Origin: a virus
IMG/VR virus record: IMGVR_UViG_3300045988_177018
Location: 49,928 to 113,927 of that record
DNA: 64,000 nt
Reading direction: 5' to 3' (one strand)
The notes below the pieces were generated by a model. The model was not told the origin of the DNA. It saw nothing but the letters and a program-made list of their open reading frames with translations, and ran no database searches. The position numbers and the translations under genes were made by a program. Shown here piece by piece: positions 9,901-18,737 of this stretch. The stretch's first letter is position 1. Each line of letters opens with the position of its first letter.

Positions 9901-10410
9901 CTATTTTCCGATGGGAGTCAAAGCCTTGCGATATTCGACGGACAACCGGTCGAAGGAACGCTTCAAAGCCTTGGCTTCCCGCACATCCCCATCCAAATCC
10001 GTATCGCAATGCAGCAGCTTATATCCCTCCGGCTTCTTGTCCTGCAAAGCGGACAAAGCGTCCAAATCATACGATTCGTCCAATTCGCTGAACTTGGAAG
10101 CAACCTGACCGTACAGGCGGAACGCTTTATTGTATGATTCCGTCATGCTGCCGACCTGCTGGATACAGGAGTTCTCCGCTTCTATACGTGCGCGTTTCGC
10201 CTTGCCTTGGGTATCCCACCAAAGGAATGTTCCGCAACAGCAGAGGGCGATGGATACGAGCAGCGACAATACGGTAGCGACTAACCGTCTCACGCGTTTT
10301 CTGACCCAGAGTTCGCCATCCCGCACTCCGGCGGCGATGATGCCGTAGAACGACTGTTCCTCGGTGGAGGCGGGGGCTGTACGGGTTTTCTTTTTCGAAT
10401 GTCTACCCAA
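9901..10410 (-). CDS. Hypothetical membrane-anchored protein
   Basis: 169 aa with a single TM (LVATVLSLLVSIALCCCGTFLWW) after a basic N-terminus. Confidence 0.45.
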   Translation of the reverse strand: MGRHSKKKTRTAPASTEEQSFYGIIAAGVRDGELWVRKRVRRLVATVLSLLVSIALCCCGTFLWWDTQGKAKRARIEAENSCIQQVGSMTESYNKAFRLYGQVASKFSELDESYDLDALSALQDKKPEGYKLLHCDTDLDGDVREAKALKRSFDRLSVEYRKALTPIGK

Positions 10411-10416
10411 TGCGGC

Positions 10417-10809
10417 TCAATCCTCGAAATCCGGGAACGACAAATCCAAGTTCGGCTTGGCTGCCGAGCAATAAGCCGGGGAACCTTCGCAGAGGGCATG
10501 GTTCAGGATTTCCGCGAACCTGTACACCTGCCTTTTCCGTTCCGCCTCACTGCCGTGCGAGCATTCGCCTAGGGGAGTGTTCTTGAATCCGCGAGCGTCC
10601 TTTTGCGCTTTGGCGAGCATGTTGCGCAATAGTCCGGCGGACAGAGGGACGGTTTCACCTGATTTCAGTTTTCCTGATTTCAGCAATTCGTCTATGGCGT
10701 ACCTGTTGTTGGACAAGTCCCAACAACAGGTACGCCAATATCCTTCATCCTCTGGATTGTCCTTCAATGTGAGCGTGACTTGCGTGAAGGTTTCAATGGT
10801 GTGCGACAT
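10417..10809 (-). CDS. Hypothetical protein
   Basis: 130-aa ORF. Confidence 0.45.
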   Translation of the reverse strand: MSHTIETFTQVTLTLKDNPEDEGYWRTCCWDLSNNRYAIDELLKSGKLKSGETVPLSAGLLRNMLAKAQKDARGFKNTPLGECSHGSEAERKRQVYRFAEILNHALCEGSPAYCSAAKPNLDLSFPDFED

Positions 10810-10818
10810 TTTTCCCTT

Positions 10819-11088
10819 TCATTTTTTCAGCCCGTAGTAGACGACGCCGTTTGATTCTTTCGTCCGGTCGAACAGTTCGTGTCCGCGTTGTGTGTTTTCG
10901 ATGCTTCTGATTACGACTTCCGGCGCGTCGAAAATGGTCATGGGTTCCTGTCCGGTGAGTTTCGCCCACTGGTTTTGGATTACCGTGAGCGTGACTCGGC
11001 TGTTGGAGTCGAGTTGGCGGCATTGCCGTTCGTGCTGATGTTTGCGCACATAGTCGGACGCGACATCGGCCAGTGTGGTTCTAGGCAT
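10819..11088 (-). CDS. Hypothetical protein
   Basis: 89-aa ORF. Motif copy upstream at 11108..11133. Confidence 0.4.
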   Translation of the reverse strand: MPRTTLADVASDYVRKHQHERQCRQLDSNSRVTLTVIQNQWAKLTGQEPMTIFDAPEVVIRSIENTQRGHELFDRTKESNGVVYYGLKK

Positions 11089-11107
11089 GTGTTTTCCTTG
11101 ATTTTAC

Positions 11108-11133
11108 GTGAATGTGGCTAATTCCAGTATAAC
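11108..11133 (-). promoter_or_regulatory. Conserved promoter/leader motif copy
   Basis: gtgaatgtggctaattccagtataac. Confidence 0.5.
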
Positions 11134-11155
11134 AAGGAGCGTGCTACGAATGTTA

Positions 11156-11551
11156 CTATTTTTGGGAATCCCGCCGCCAAGCGCGGAAATACTCCCAAGA
11201 CGGCATATCCGCTAGAATCGCGGACGCGACCATAATCCCTGTCAGGATGGGACGAACCGTCACGTCGTCAGGATTGGAAATGGGAGCGAGCCACAGAATC
11301 GCGGAGACTCCAACAGCGAACGCGACGCTTACTATAAGCATTATGAATGGCATGGTTTTCTCCACCGGCTGTTTCGGCTTGGATTTTTTCGCCCGCTGTT
11401 TTCTGATTTTCAGAATCTTCCTGCTTGGTTTGCCATGCCGTCCGTACATGGTGGTTTCTCTATTGTTGGCGTGATTGGAGGCTAAGCGGGTGATTGACTC
11501 GGGGTCGATGACGGTGGTGAGTTCTCCTGTGTTTTCTGGTTGTGTTGGCAA
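11156..11551 (-). CDS. Hypothetical membrane protein
   Basis: 131 aa with two hydrophobic helices. Degenerate motif copy at about 11586..11598 (cccagtataac). Confidence 0.45.
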   Translation of the reverse strand: MPTQPENTGELTTVIDPESITRLASNHANNRETTMYGRHGKPSRKILKIRKQRAKKSKPKQPVEKTMPFIMLIVSVAFAVGVSAILWLAPISNPDDVTVRPILTGIMVASAILADMPSWEYFRAWRRDSQK

Positions 11552-11636
11552 GACCGACCTCTAATCCATCTGATGGTGCGAATACTCCCAGTATAACAGA
11601 ACAGGGCTTGAGGGAAAACCCATAGCCCTGTTCCCG

Positions 11637-12692
11637 TCAAAGACCGTGCTTGGTCAGATACTTATTGGAGATAATTTTAAAGCAACGGTTGCCGCCAAGC
11701 TCGTTATACAGGTCGTCGCTCAACCGTTCACCCGCTTTCGCATGCCAGACGATTCCTTCATCCAACATGTCGCGGTTCGCGTTGCCGCGCAGACCGTCCA
11801 CTTTGGCAATCATGTCCATCACATCGCCGGTCGGCTTCCACTCGGCCTCGTCCAACAGTGGGACGGCATTGTCGAGCATGGCTTTCGGCCAATCCTCGCG
11901 GTCGAGTTTCGCATTGTCATGCCATACGGCGAACACGAATGGACGATAGGAGCCAAGCTTCAACCTGTTGCTGTTGACACTTGGGCCGCACAGCTCGAAC
12001 TGGCAGACCATGCCTTTCTCCAACGCGTCAACCAATCCGGTTTTCACCGCCACTTGCATGTTCGTGCAGTCCGACTTCAGCTCCCAATTGCGAGAGTAGA
12101 CGTGTACCGTATCATCCATGTCACGGTAGATTGTGGTGCTGGTACCGTCCACTTTCACGGTTGGCGTCCACGCAATCCGTTTGATTTCATCCCAATACGC
12201 GGTGAGATTCTGCACTCGCGTAGCATCCGACTTGGAGCATGGCGCATTGAACACGCCAACCATATCCCCGCCTTTCAAAGGCGGTAGTTCCTCGAATTTC
12301 CACACGTCCGCCTGTAAGGTGATATCAGTGCCGACCGGAGTATCCTCCGGCACGCCAATAGCAGAGAGCGGCATGACCAAACCCTGACTGTATACGCCTC
12401 GCAGTCTTGCGGTCTTCAACACGTGTCCGGTGATTTCGCGTTCTTCGCCGGTAATCGTGTTGGACACTGGCACGGTGCGCTGCCCACGTTTCTGCAATTC
12501 CGCATACCGTGGGTCGTCGGCGGGCAGCATGGAGTCGATTTCGTAATAGGCCACATGGTCGCCGGGTTTCAATCCCATGTCCTTGCCGACTACGACAATC
12601 CATCCTCCGATTTTCGCTTTCTCGATACGGTCTGCATCCTTGATTGGGTACACGCCTTCAACGGCTTGCACGCTTACCATTTTTCGAACCAT
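11637..12692 (-). CDS. ATP-dependent RNA ligase family protein (nucleotidyltransferase KxDG motif)
   Basis: 351 aa. OB-like N-terminus KDADRIEKAKIGGW..GDHVAYYEIDSMLP is typical of phage/bacterial RNA ligases. Motif I KVDGT. Confidence 0.55.
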   Translation of the reverse strand: MVRKMVSVQAVEGVYPIKDADRIEKAKIGGWIVVVGKDMGLKPGDHVAYYEIDSMLPADDPRYAELQKRGQRTVPVSNTITGEEREITGHVLKTARLRGVYSQGLVMPLSAIGVPEDTPVGTDITLQADVWKFEELPPLKGGDMVGVFNAPCSKSDATRVQNLTAYWDEIKRIAWTPTVKVDGTSTTIYRDMDDTVHVYSRNWELKSDCTNMQVAVKTGLVDALEKGMVCQFELCGPSVNSNRLKLGSYRPFVFAVWHDNAKLDREDWPKAMLDNAVPLLDEAEWKPTGDVMDMIAKVDGLRGNANRDMLDEGIVWHAKAGERLSDDLYNELGGNRCFKIISNKYLTKHGL

Positions 12693-12708
12693 GTGATTTA
12701 GTTCCTTT

Positions 12709-12903
12709 CTAACTGTTGCCGTTGGATGGTTGACACTCTTCCTCGCAGTCGAGTTCCTTGCGAACGATTTCCAAAGCCACGTCTAACGCTTCGTCCCAGC
12801 CGCTGCGCCAACCGAGGACAAACGCTTCCGCCGGGGAGACTTTGCCGATGTTCGATTGGAGAAGGGAATGTATGGCCCTCTCTTTCAGCTCTTCTTCATT
12901 CAA
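12709..12903 (-). CDS. Hypothetical small protein
   Basis: 64 aa, ATGA-coupled to the upstream gene. Confidence 0.35.
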   Translation of the reverse strand: MNEEELKERAIHSLLQSNIGKVSPAEAFVLGWRSGWDEALDVALEIVRKELDCEEECQPSNGNS

Positions 12904-13526
12904 ATTTCCTGTTCCTTTCCTTTATCTGCCAATAATGCCACGGCCAACCATGCGGGCAGTGGCGTATCATGCAATTGTCTTGCTTCCTTCCGGTTTTCAG
13001 CCACGTGAAGGAACGGTGTCTTGTCTTCTGCGAGCATGTCTCCCGCGATTTTGACGGTTTTTTTCGAAGTGGACAGCAGTTGTTCCGCTTTTTCATCGCC
13101 GCCATGCCACATGATTTGGAATCGGAGGGTGGCCCACAACCATGGGTTGTCCCACGAATCTTCCGGAATGCCGTTGGCTGCGAACAGGTGGAGCAGGTGT
13201 CGCACACGTCGGGTCAGGCTTGCTTTGCTGACGGAGTATCTGCCTTGTCTGGAACCGATTTTGAACGCTTCCATGCCGGTGTTGAACGCGTTTGGATTTG
13301 TATGCTGGAGTACGCTTCCGGACAGGATGGTGTCGTTCACGGTTTCGGCGCTGGTCAGATGCCATCCGTGGCAGATGGGGCAATGGTATGCGCGTTTCTC
13401 CGTGTGTTTTGGATTGCCTCGTCCTTTGATGACGGCCAATGCGAGTTGGGCTTCCTTTTGGTTGGGGTAACGCACTTTGTTTCGGTTGAGAGTGCATTTA
13501 CCTGCGGTCTTGTATAGGCTATGCAT
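12900..13526 (-). CDS. Hypothetical zinc-finger protein (YHCPICHGWHLTS motif)
   Basis: Start set at the internal Met. The ORF extension to 13598 (MLYWGRSHK) is simply the promoter motif read in frame. Confidence 0.45.
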   Translation of the reverse strand: MHSLYKTAGKCTLNRNKVRYPNQKEAQLALAVIKGRGNPKHTEKRAYHCPICHGWHLTSAETVNDTILSGSVLQHTNPNAFNTGMEAFKIGSRQGRYSVSKASLTRRVRHLLHLFAANGIPEDSWDNPWLWATLRFQIMWHGGDEKAEQLLSTSKKTVKIAGDMLAEDKTPFLHVAENRKEARQLHDTPLPAWLAVALLADKGKEQEI

Positions 13527-13572
13527 TGTTGTTGCTCCGAATCGGGATGGCGGTCTCTTTCCGACTGTTTTT

Positions 13573-13596
13573 TTATGTGAACGCCCCCAGTATAAC
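13573..13596 (-). promoter_or_regulatory. Conserved promoter/leader motif copy
   Basis: ttatgtgaacgcccccagtataac. Confidence 0.5.
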
Positions 13597-13604
13597 ACAG
13601 TTAG

Positions 13605-13946
13605 TTAAGAAGACAAACCAACCCCCTCGTAAGCCAGCATGTCAGCCAGCCCATCCTCACCCAATGCTCGCAGCCGGTTCGCCACCCCGTATCGTTGGTT
13701 CCAACAGCGGACGAGCGTATCGGCTTCAACACCGTATGCCGCCCATAAGGTCGGCAAAAGCGAGCAAGGCTGTTCGTGGACGATTCCATAGCGGACGCCG
13801 CGCCGGAAATCGCGGTCGAACACGAGATGCACAGCGCCGTCGCAGAACGGGCATGATGCAAGATTCACCATTTTTTGGGTGGGGATGCCCGGTATTTCAA
13901 TGCCGGGAGGAACCACCCTCTCCTTTCCTTTTAAGTCTTTTTTCAT
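13605..13946 (-). CDS. Lar-family restriction-alleviation-like zinc-ribbon protein
   Basis: CPFCDG...C and C-terminal WNQRYG resemble the Lar family signature (CPFCGG ... AWNRR). The start could be 13946 or 13871. Confidence 0.4.
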   Translation of the reverse strand: MKKDLKGKERVVPPGIEIPGIPTQKMVNLASCPFCDGAVHLVFDRDFRRGVRYGIVHEQPCSLLPTLWAAYGVEADTLVRCWNQRYGVANRLRALGEDGLADMLAYEGVGLSS

Positions 13947-15465
13947 TATACGCGCATAGTGATATAATCTAATCATGTCCCAGAAGGTCGTGATAGAACG
14001 TGTTGTGATACGGGGAGCCGCCCCGTATGTGGGCATGTGCGCGGCCTCGGACGGACGGCAAATCCCCTTGTATTCGACCAACCCCGACATAGTGATGCGT
14101 TGGCTGTGCGACGGGTGGCGTTGCCGATACAACCAGTTGCGTTCCCGTAGAGCCAAATGGGATAAAAACCTTGGCATAAGCATTCCGTTGGGCGGGAAGC
14201 CGGACATGCGCTCCGACCGTCAGGTAAGACTGGAATGCTCGTGGCTCGCGGCCATCCCCGCAATGGTGCTGCAATCCCCGAACAGGATAGAGAACACGGA
14301 CTGGTGGAGCGCGAACAAACGTCGCAAAACGTTGAAGAAGAAGCATAGGAACCCGGGCATGACGCCCGGGTTCAAAAAACGGCGTGACGACCTGTATTTC
14401 GTCTGCTGGCACAACAAGGGCGCGAACGCGAACTACCGGCAGTTGAACCGGCATCACGGCGAAGTCGTCATCACCGGACAGAACCCCAGCGCATATCGTC
14501 TGGACGGCCAGCCGTGCCGGTACAGCATCCACATCCGCGTCCGCGTCAGCCAACCCATCCGCGACTATACGAGCGTCGGAGTGAACTGGACGAAACGAAC
14601 GCTCGTGTTCGTCAACGACCCGTTGCCGATAAACCGAGAACGCACCGGCGCGATGGTCGGATTGGACAGGGGTTGCGTGCATACGCTCGCCACGTCCGAC
14701 AATCGTTTCATCGACCTCCCCAAAGACCGGTTGAACCATATCGACAGGGAGATACGCCGCCGTCAGAAGGCTCAGGCGCGACGAATCGCCATGTCCGGCG
14801 AAACCGTCAAACAATACCGTCGCCACGCGAGCCGCACCTACGAGCGCACCGGTCGGGAAATCAGCCGACTGTACGCGAAGGCGCACCGCATCATAGACGA
14901 CTGGCAGCACAAGACCACCAGCATGCTCGTCCGCGAATACGACGTCATCGTATTGGAAGACCTCAACCTGCAAGGCATGAGCCGCAAAGCCAAGGCGAAA
15001 CCCGACCCGGACAGGCCGGGCGCGTTCCTACCCAACGGACAGTCGGCGAAACGTGGACTCAACCGTAGCCTACGCGCCGCAAGCCTCGCCGGAATCGTCA
15101 GCAAACTCGAATACAAGACCCGACTGACCGGACGAAACCGTCTCATACTCGTCAACCCCGCGTACACGTCGCAGACATGCAGCAAGTGCGGGCATTGCGC
15201 CAAGGAGAACCGCAAAAGCCAAGCGGACTTCGAATGCGGGCAATGCCACGCGCGCATGAACGCCGACTTGAACGCGGCCAACAACATCCTCGAACGGGGA
15301 TTGAACCATCTCCTCGGCTTGGACGAAGCCGGGCACGCCGAAACGGAGCCAGACGCCCAACCCGCCTATCGCGGGAAGGACGCTTCCGCCATGACGTGCG
15401 AAACCTCAACACGATAACGTGTTGGAATCCCGGTGTTTCAACACCGGGAGGACGTCAATTCGCAT
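13947..15465 (+). mobile_element. IS200/IS605-family element, TnpB-only (IS1341-like); boundaries approximate
   Basis: Carries a TnpB-like gene. Right-end hairpin cccggtgtttcaacaccggg at about 15431..15450. No tnpA. Confidence 0.5.
14206..15417 (+). CDS. tnpB: TnpB-like RNA-guided endonuclease (IS605 OrfB family), intact RuvC I/II/III and zinc ribbon
   Basis: GLDRG, LEDLNLQGM, NADLNAANNI, CSKCGH..CGQCH. The ORF is open from 13975 (480 aa) behind a gatataat -10. The N-terminal half is atypical for TnpB. Confidence 0.6.
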   Translation: MRSDRQVRLECSWLAAIPAMVLQSPNRIENTDWWSANKRRKTLKKKHRNPGMTPGFKKRRDDLYFVCWHNKGANANYRQLNRHHGEVVITGQNPSAYRLDGQPCRYSIHIRVRVSQPIRDYTSVGVNWTKRTLVFVNDPLPINRERTGAMVGLDRGCVHTLATSDNRFIDLPKDRLNHIDREIRRRQKAQARRIAMSGETVKQYRRHASRTYERTGREISRLYAKAHRIIDDWQHKTTSMLVREYDVIVLEDLNLQGMSRKAKAKPDPDRPGAFLPNGQSAKRGLNRSLRAASLAGIVSKLEYKTRLTGRNRLILVNPAYTSQTCSKCGHCAKENRKSQADFECGQCHARMNADLNAANNILERGLNHLLGLDEAGHAETEPDAQPAYRGKDASAMTCETSTR

Positions 15466-16132
15466 TCTCCTTCAACAGTCGTTTCACCAACGCGGGCACC
15501 TGCGTCCAATCGTCGAACGCCAGCCCCAAGCCGGATTGTTCGGCGCGGTCGCACTGGGGCAGGTTGTAGGCGTGCCGTTTGACGAGCACACGCAACCCTT
15601 TGTCCATAAGCCAGTCGAGCGCATGCGGATTGTCCTCAATGGTCAGGTCGGCGTCCAGAAACGTCTTGTCCCAGATGTGGCAGAAGCGGATTCCGCTTCC
15701 ATCACGGCGGCAGGAGTCCCTTATGGTCCACTCGAACGTTTCAGGATACGTGTCGCGCCAAAGGTCGAGATTCCAGTTCGGGGTCGCGTCCAAACCGTAG
15801 GCGTGCAGCCACCGCAGACTGTCCGTCTCATCCCGCTCGCGACTGGTGGCGAACAGGACGGAATGTCGCCGCGCCATATCGTATGCCGCGTCCAACGCGC
15901 CCGCGTAGGGGCGTTCGCGCAGATACAGGCCGAGTTCCACGGCACGCTGGTGCAATGGGAAGAACGTGTCCTCGTCTTCGAACCAGCCGTCGCATGCGAA
16001 TGAATAGTCGGACGGGTCGGGCGCGTCCGCGTAACCGTCGTAGCCCATTTGGGTCAGACAATCCTTGAACGCGGTCGTATAGTCCGCGAACGTGTTGTCC
16101 AAGTCAATGACGATGAGGGGTCTTTCAGCCAT
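15455..16132 (-). CDS. HAD-superfamily hydrolase, 5'(3')-deoxyribonucleotidase-like (DxDxT)
   Basis: N-terminal IVIDLDNTFADY nucleophile motif. 225 aa. Confidence 0.5.
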   Translation of the reverse strand: MAERPLIVIDLDNTFADYTTAFKDCLTQMGYDGYADAPDPSDYSFACDGWFEDEDTFFPLHQRAVELGLYLRERPYAGALDAAYDMARRHSVLFATSRERDETDSLRWLHAYGLDATPNWNLDLWRDTYPETFEWTIRDSCRRDGSGIRFCHIWDKTFLDADLTIEDNPHALDWLMDKGLRVLVKRHAYNLPQCDRAEQSGLGLAFDDWTQVPALVKRLLKENAN

Positions 16133-16135
16133 TCT

Positions 16136-16906
16136 TTATTCTCCTTTCCGCTTGTCCTGCCCGACCATGGCGTTGGCGTACTCGTCGGACTCGCTGATAT
16201 CAAGCGGTTGGTCAGGGAACAGAAAACGCTGCGTTTTCGTCCAAATGTCCCCGTCTACGACCGCCGACGCGACCGTCACCGACACGCAAAAGAGCACGAC
16301 GAAGACGCAGCTCGTAATGAGAGCTATGACGAAGGCGCGTTCCGGGTCCTCCAATAATGGGGGCACAGTGAACGCGAATACCGCCACCGTAAGCGCCAGA
16401 ACAACGGTCGAGGACAAGCCTCCCGCGAGAACTGCCCTTCGGGTCTCGGCGTTGGTGAGAGGACTATCACGCAGTGCGCGGAACGCGACGAACATCATGA
16501 CGGTGGCCATTCCGATGAAGGCGAGTGCCGTTATCAAGACACCCACGACGAGAATGACGCCGAGAATGACGCCGAGAGTGATGCAGAGAAAGAGACCGAG
16601 AGAGATGAGGACGCCGAGAATCACACCCCTCCAGTTCGACGCCAGCCAGCCGAAAGCGAGCTGGAACCAGTCGGTCGCAAGCGCGACACACACGCACGCG
16701 ACTCCGACCGGAATCATCGTGGCTGCGGTCAACGCCATCCACCGTGGCGGAGTGTGGCACTCCTCGTCGGACGATTCGTCGCAGAGGACTACAATATCTT
16801 CCCACCGTGGCGGAGTGTGGCGTTCCCCGTCGGTTGTCGTGCTGTTTTCTTTTCCTATATTGCCGCAATTCGGGCATGGGGATTTGAGTTCGAGGTGTCG
16901 GTTCAT
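16136..16906 (-). CDS. Hypothetical zinc-ribbon membrane protein
   Basis: 256 aa. CPNCGN near the N-terminus, in-frame HTPPRW repeat, then about 6 TM helices. Its 3' end shares about 30 bp with the neighbouring gene. Confidence 0.45.
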   Translation of the reverse strand: MNRHLELKSPCPNCGNIGKENSTTTDGERHTPPRWEDIVVLCDESSDEECHTPPRWMALTAATMIPVGVACVCVALATDWFQLAFGWLASNWRGVILGVLISLGLFLCITLGVILGVILVVGVLITALAFIGMATVMMFVAFRALRDSPLTNAETRRAVLAGGLSSTVVLALTVAVFAFTVPPLLEDPERAFVIALITSCVFVVLFCVSVTVASAVVDGDIWTKTQRFLFPDQPLDISESDEYANAMVGQDKRKGE

Positions 16907-16999
16907 TTTCAGTCCTTTTTCCGTGTTTCTCGTATCCTCGGCGTCGTAGAAGCGTGGGACGGTATTCTCCTTTCCGCCTGTCCTGCCCGACCTTGACGG

Positions 17000-17488
17000 T
17001 TACGGCACCAGCAGCCCGTAGCCGAGGTTGACTCCCAGCGTGTCGTTCAGGCACGGAATGTTCTCAGGCTCCTGAATCCTGTAAGTGAAGTCATCGGGCA
17101 TAGAGAGGGCGATGAACCGCATGATGGCGTTGGCGTACTCGTCGGACTCGCTATCGTAATTGGCGAGGTATTTGCCTTCGGACAACAAGGACGGCATCAT
17201 GTCTTCCTCGGGCACGACGCCGGTATGCGTCAGCAGGTCGTGCATCTTTTCATCGAGCCAGCACGCGCCCATGTCGGGGTTCGACCAGAGGGCGCGTTTG
17301 TCCCAGCATTTCAGCCCCAGTCCCGTGAAGTCGTTGTCACCACGGTTGAACTGGATGCCGTACTTTTTGCAACTCTTCTTGTATCCTTCCGCGATGGCGG
17401 CGACATCGTAGTTCGTCTCGTAGATTACCGGCTCGTGGACTCCGTAACCGTCTTCGGAATAGTCTCCTATTTCAAGCTTGAACAGCAT
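17000..17488 (-). CDS. Hypothetical protein
   Basis: Start at MLFKLEIG with a GGAAAGGAAG SD. The ORF extension to 17617 is unsupported. Confidence 0.45.
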   Translation of the reverse strand: MLFKLEIGDYSEDGYGVHEPVIYETNYDVAAIAEGYKKSCKKYGIQFNRGDNDFTGLGLKCWDKRALWSNPDMGACWLDEKMHDLLTHTGVVPEEDMMPSLLSEGKYLANYDSESDEYANAIMRFIALSMPDDFTYRIQEPENIPCLNDTLGVNLGYGLLVP

Positions 17489-17683
17489 GGTATGCTTCCT
17501 TTCCTTGTTGTTTGGTGATGTATTTTTCGTCCATCGAATGCGTCCCGCGCTCCATGTGAACGAGAACATGTTCTCAGCGAACAGGAGGCCGCGTATTCGC
17601 GCGGATTGTCCGACCATGGACGTGACGGTCAGGCTGACACAACGTAATGTTCCATGGCCTTCCGCCCCAGTTCGTCATGTCAA

Positions 17684-18007
17684 TCATCGAGACGCCTCGT
17701 CTCTTGGCAGGGTGTGCGCGTCGTCCATCTGTTCGAGCTGTGCGTCGGCGTCCAACTGTTCGAAATATCGGCGTCGCAATAGTGAACGGACACCGGAGTC
17801 GCTCACGGGGAGTGAGAACTGGGTGGTGCCCTGAACCTGTAAGTATCCACCCTTGGTGCGTTTGAATTCTCCCCATCCGTTCCTATTGCTGACGATTTTG
17901 ACGGTTTTGCCGTTTTCGTCGGTCGCGCTGACGGTCAGGTAGCTGCCTCGTTGTTCGACGGGCTTGTGCAGTTCGGTCAGATTGTACTTGAGTTTGATTT
18001 TGGTCAT
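17684..18007 (-). CDS. Hypothetical protein
   Basis: Start at MTKIKLK (GAGAGGA SD). The His/Arg-rich upstream ORF extension is an artefact. Confidence 0.45.
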   Translation of the reverse strand: MTKIKLKYNLTELHKPVEQRGSYLTVSATDENGKTVKIVSNRNGWGEFKRTKGGYLQVQGTTQFSLPVSDSGVRSLLRRRYFEQLDADAQLEQMDDAHTLPRDEASR

Positions 18008-18018
18008 AGTGTCCTCTC

Positions 18019-18333
18019 TTAGTTCCACTGGTCGGGTGCGAGCACCACAGTGCCGTCCGTGAGGGTGGTGATGGTGCCGTAGGTGTCTTTGTCTAATGGC
18101 AAGTCGTTGTTGGCATCGTGGATTACGACGAGTGTGCTCATGTCCATCCACTGGGAGATGTTGATGGTGTCGCGGAAGTTGGTCTGCTTGGCTTCGGTTG
18201 GCATGTAGACGAGAGCGCCGTCGTATGCGATTTTGGGGAGTCCTTCTTCTGTGCCCCAGTTGGCGACGATGGCGGTGCCGTCCTTGTAGATGATGATGCC
18301 GGATTCCTGTCCGGTGATGTCGTGCAGTTTCAT
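18019..18333 (-). CDS. Hypothetical protein
   Basis: 104-aa ORF. Confidence 0.45.
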   Translation of the reverse strand: MKLHDITGQESGIIIYKDGTAIVANWGTEEGLPKIAYDGALVYMPTEAKQTNFRDTINISQWMDMSTLVVIHDANNDLPLDKDTYGTITTLTDGTVVLAPDQWN

Positions 18334-18403
18334 GGTGTTGTGGGTCCTTTTGTGTTTGTTCGTGTTTTATTTGTCGCAAATGTCGTACATGTCCTGTCTT
18401 CTC

Positions 18404-18676
18404 CTACTCTTCGACCCACAGAACGAACATGCCCGTATCCTCCATGACGAGCGGGTCACGTTCGACTGGCAGATTGTCGCATCGGGCAAGCTGTGCGAAC
18501 GCCTTCTCCAACAGTGCGGTGCAGAGGAACGTTTTCAGCTCCCAGCCCTTATCTTCGGAGACATGGTCGGACAGTTCCAGCCGCTCGTCCACATCATCCA
18601 GAATGGACGCCCTCAAATCGGACTGTTCGACGTTGTGGCGGGCGACGCCGCCCGCCAGCCTATAACCGTAACGCAT
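18404..18676 (-). CDS. Hypothetical protein
   Basis: 90-aa ORF. Confidence 0.4.
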   Translation of the reverse strand: MRYGYRLAGGVARHNVEQSDLRASILDDVDERLELSDHVSEDKGWELKTFLCTALLEKAFAQLARCDNLPVERDPLVMEDTGMFVLWVEE

Positions 18677-18737
18677 GGGTCTACTCCTTTTTTATAGGGG
18701 GCGGTTTTTGACGAAGATGATGGTGTCTCCTCTCATA

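Noticed and set aside
12900-13598. ORF starts encoding MLYWGRSHK (also MLYWERSHK at 19122..19883 and MLYW at the tnpA ORF start 19970)
   Set aside because: These are the conserved promoter motif (ttatgcgaacgctcccagtataacat) read in frame from a GTG/ATG. They are not real N-termini.
13975-15417. Internal plus/minus ORFs inside the TnpB gene (14514..15068, 14838..15287, 15070..15360, 15152..15412)
   Set aside because: Shadow frames of the TnpB-like gene. Arg/Pro-rich.
16467-17054. 195-aa minus ORF spanning the gap between two genes
   Set aside because: It overlaps the 16136..16906 gene in another frame and has an Arg-rich composition. Its only notable content is the duplicated 29-bp junction repeat.
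17684-18379. Full 231-aa ORF with His/Arg-rich N-terminal 124 aa
   Set aside because: The N-terminal extension overlaps gene 18019..18333 and is low-complexity. A good SD precedes the internal MTKIKLK start at 18007.
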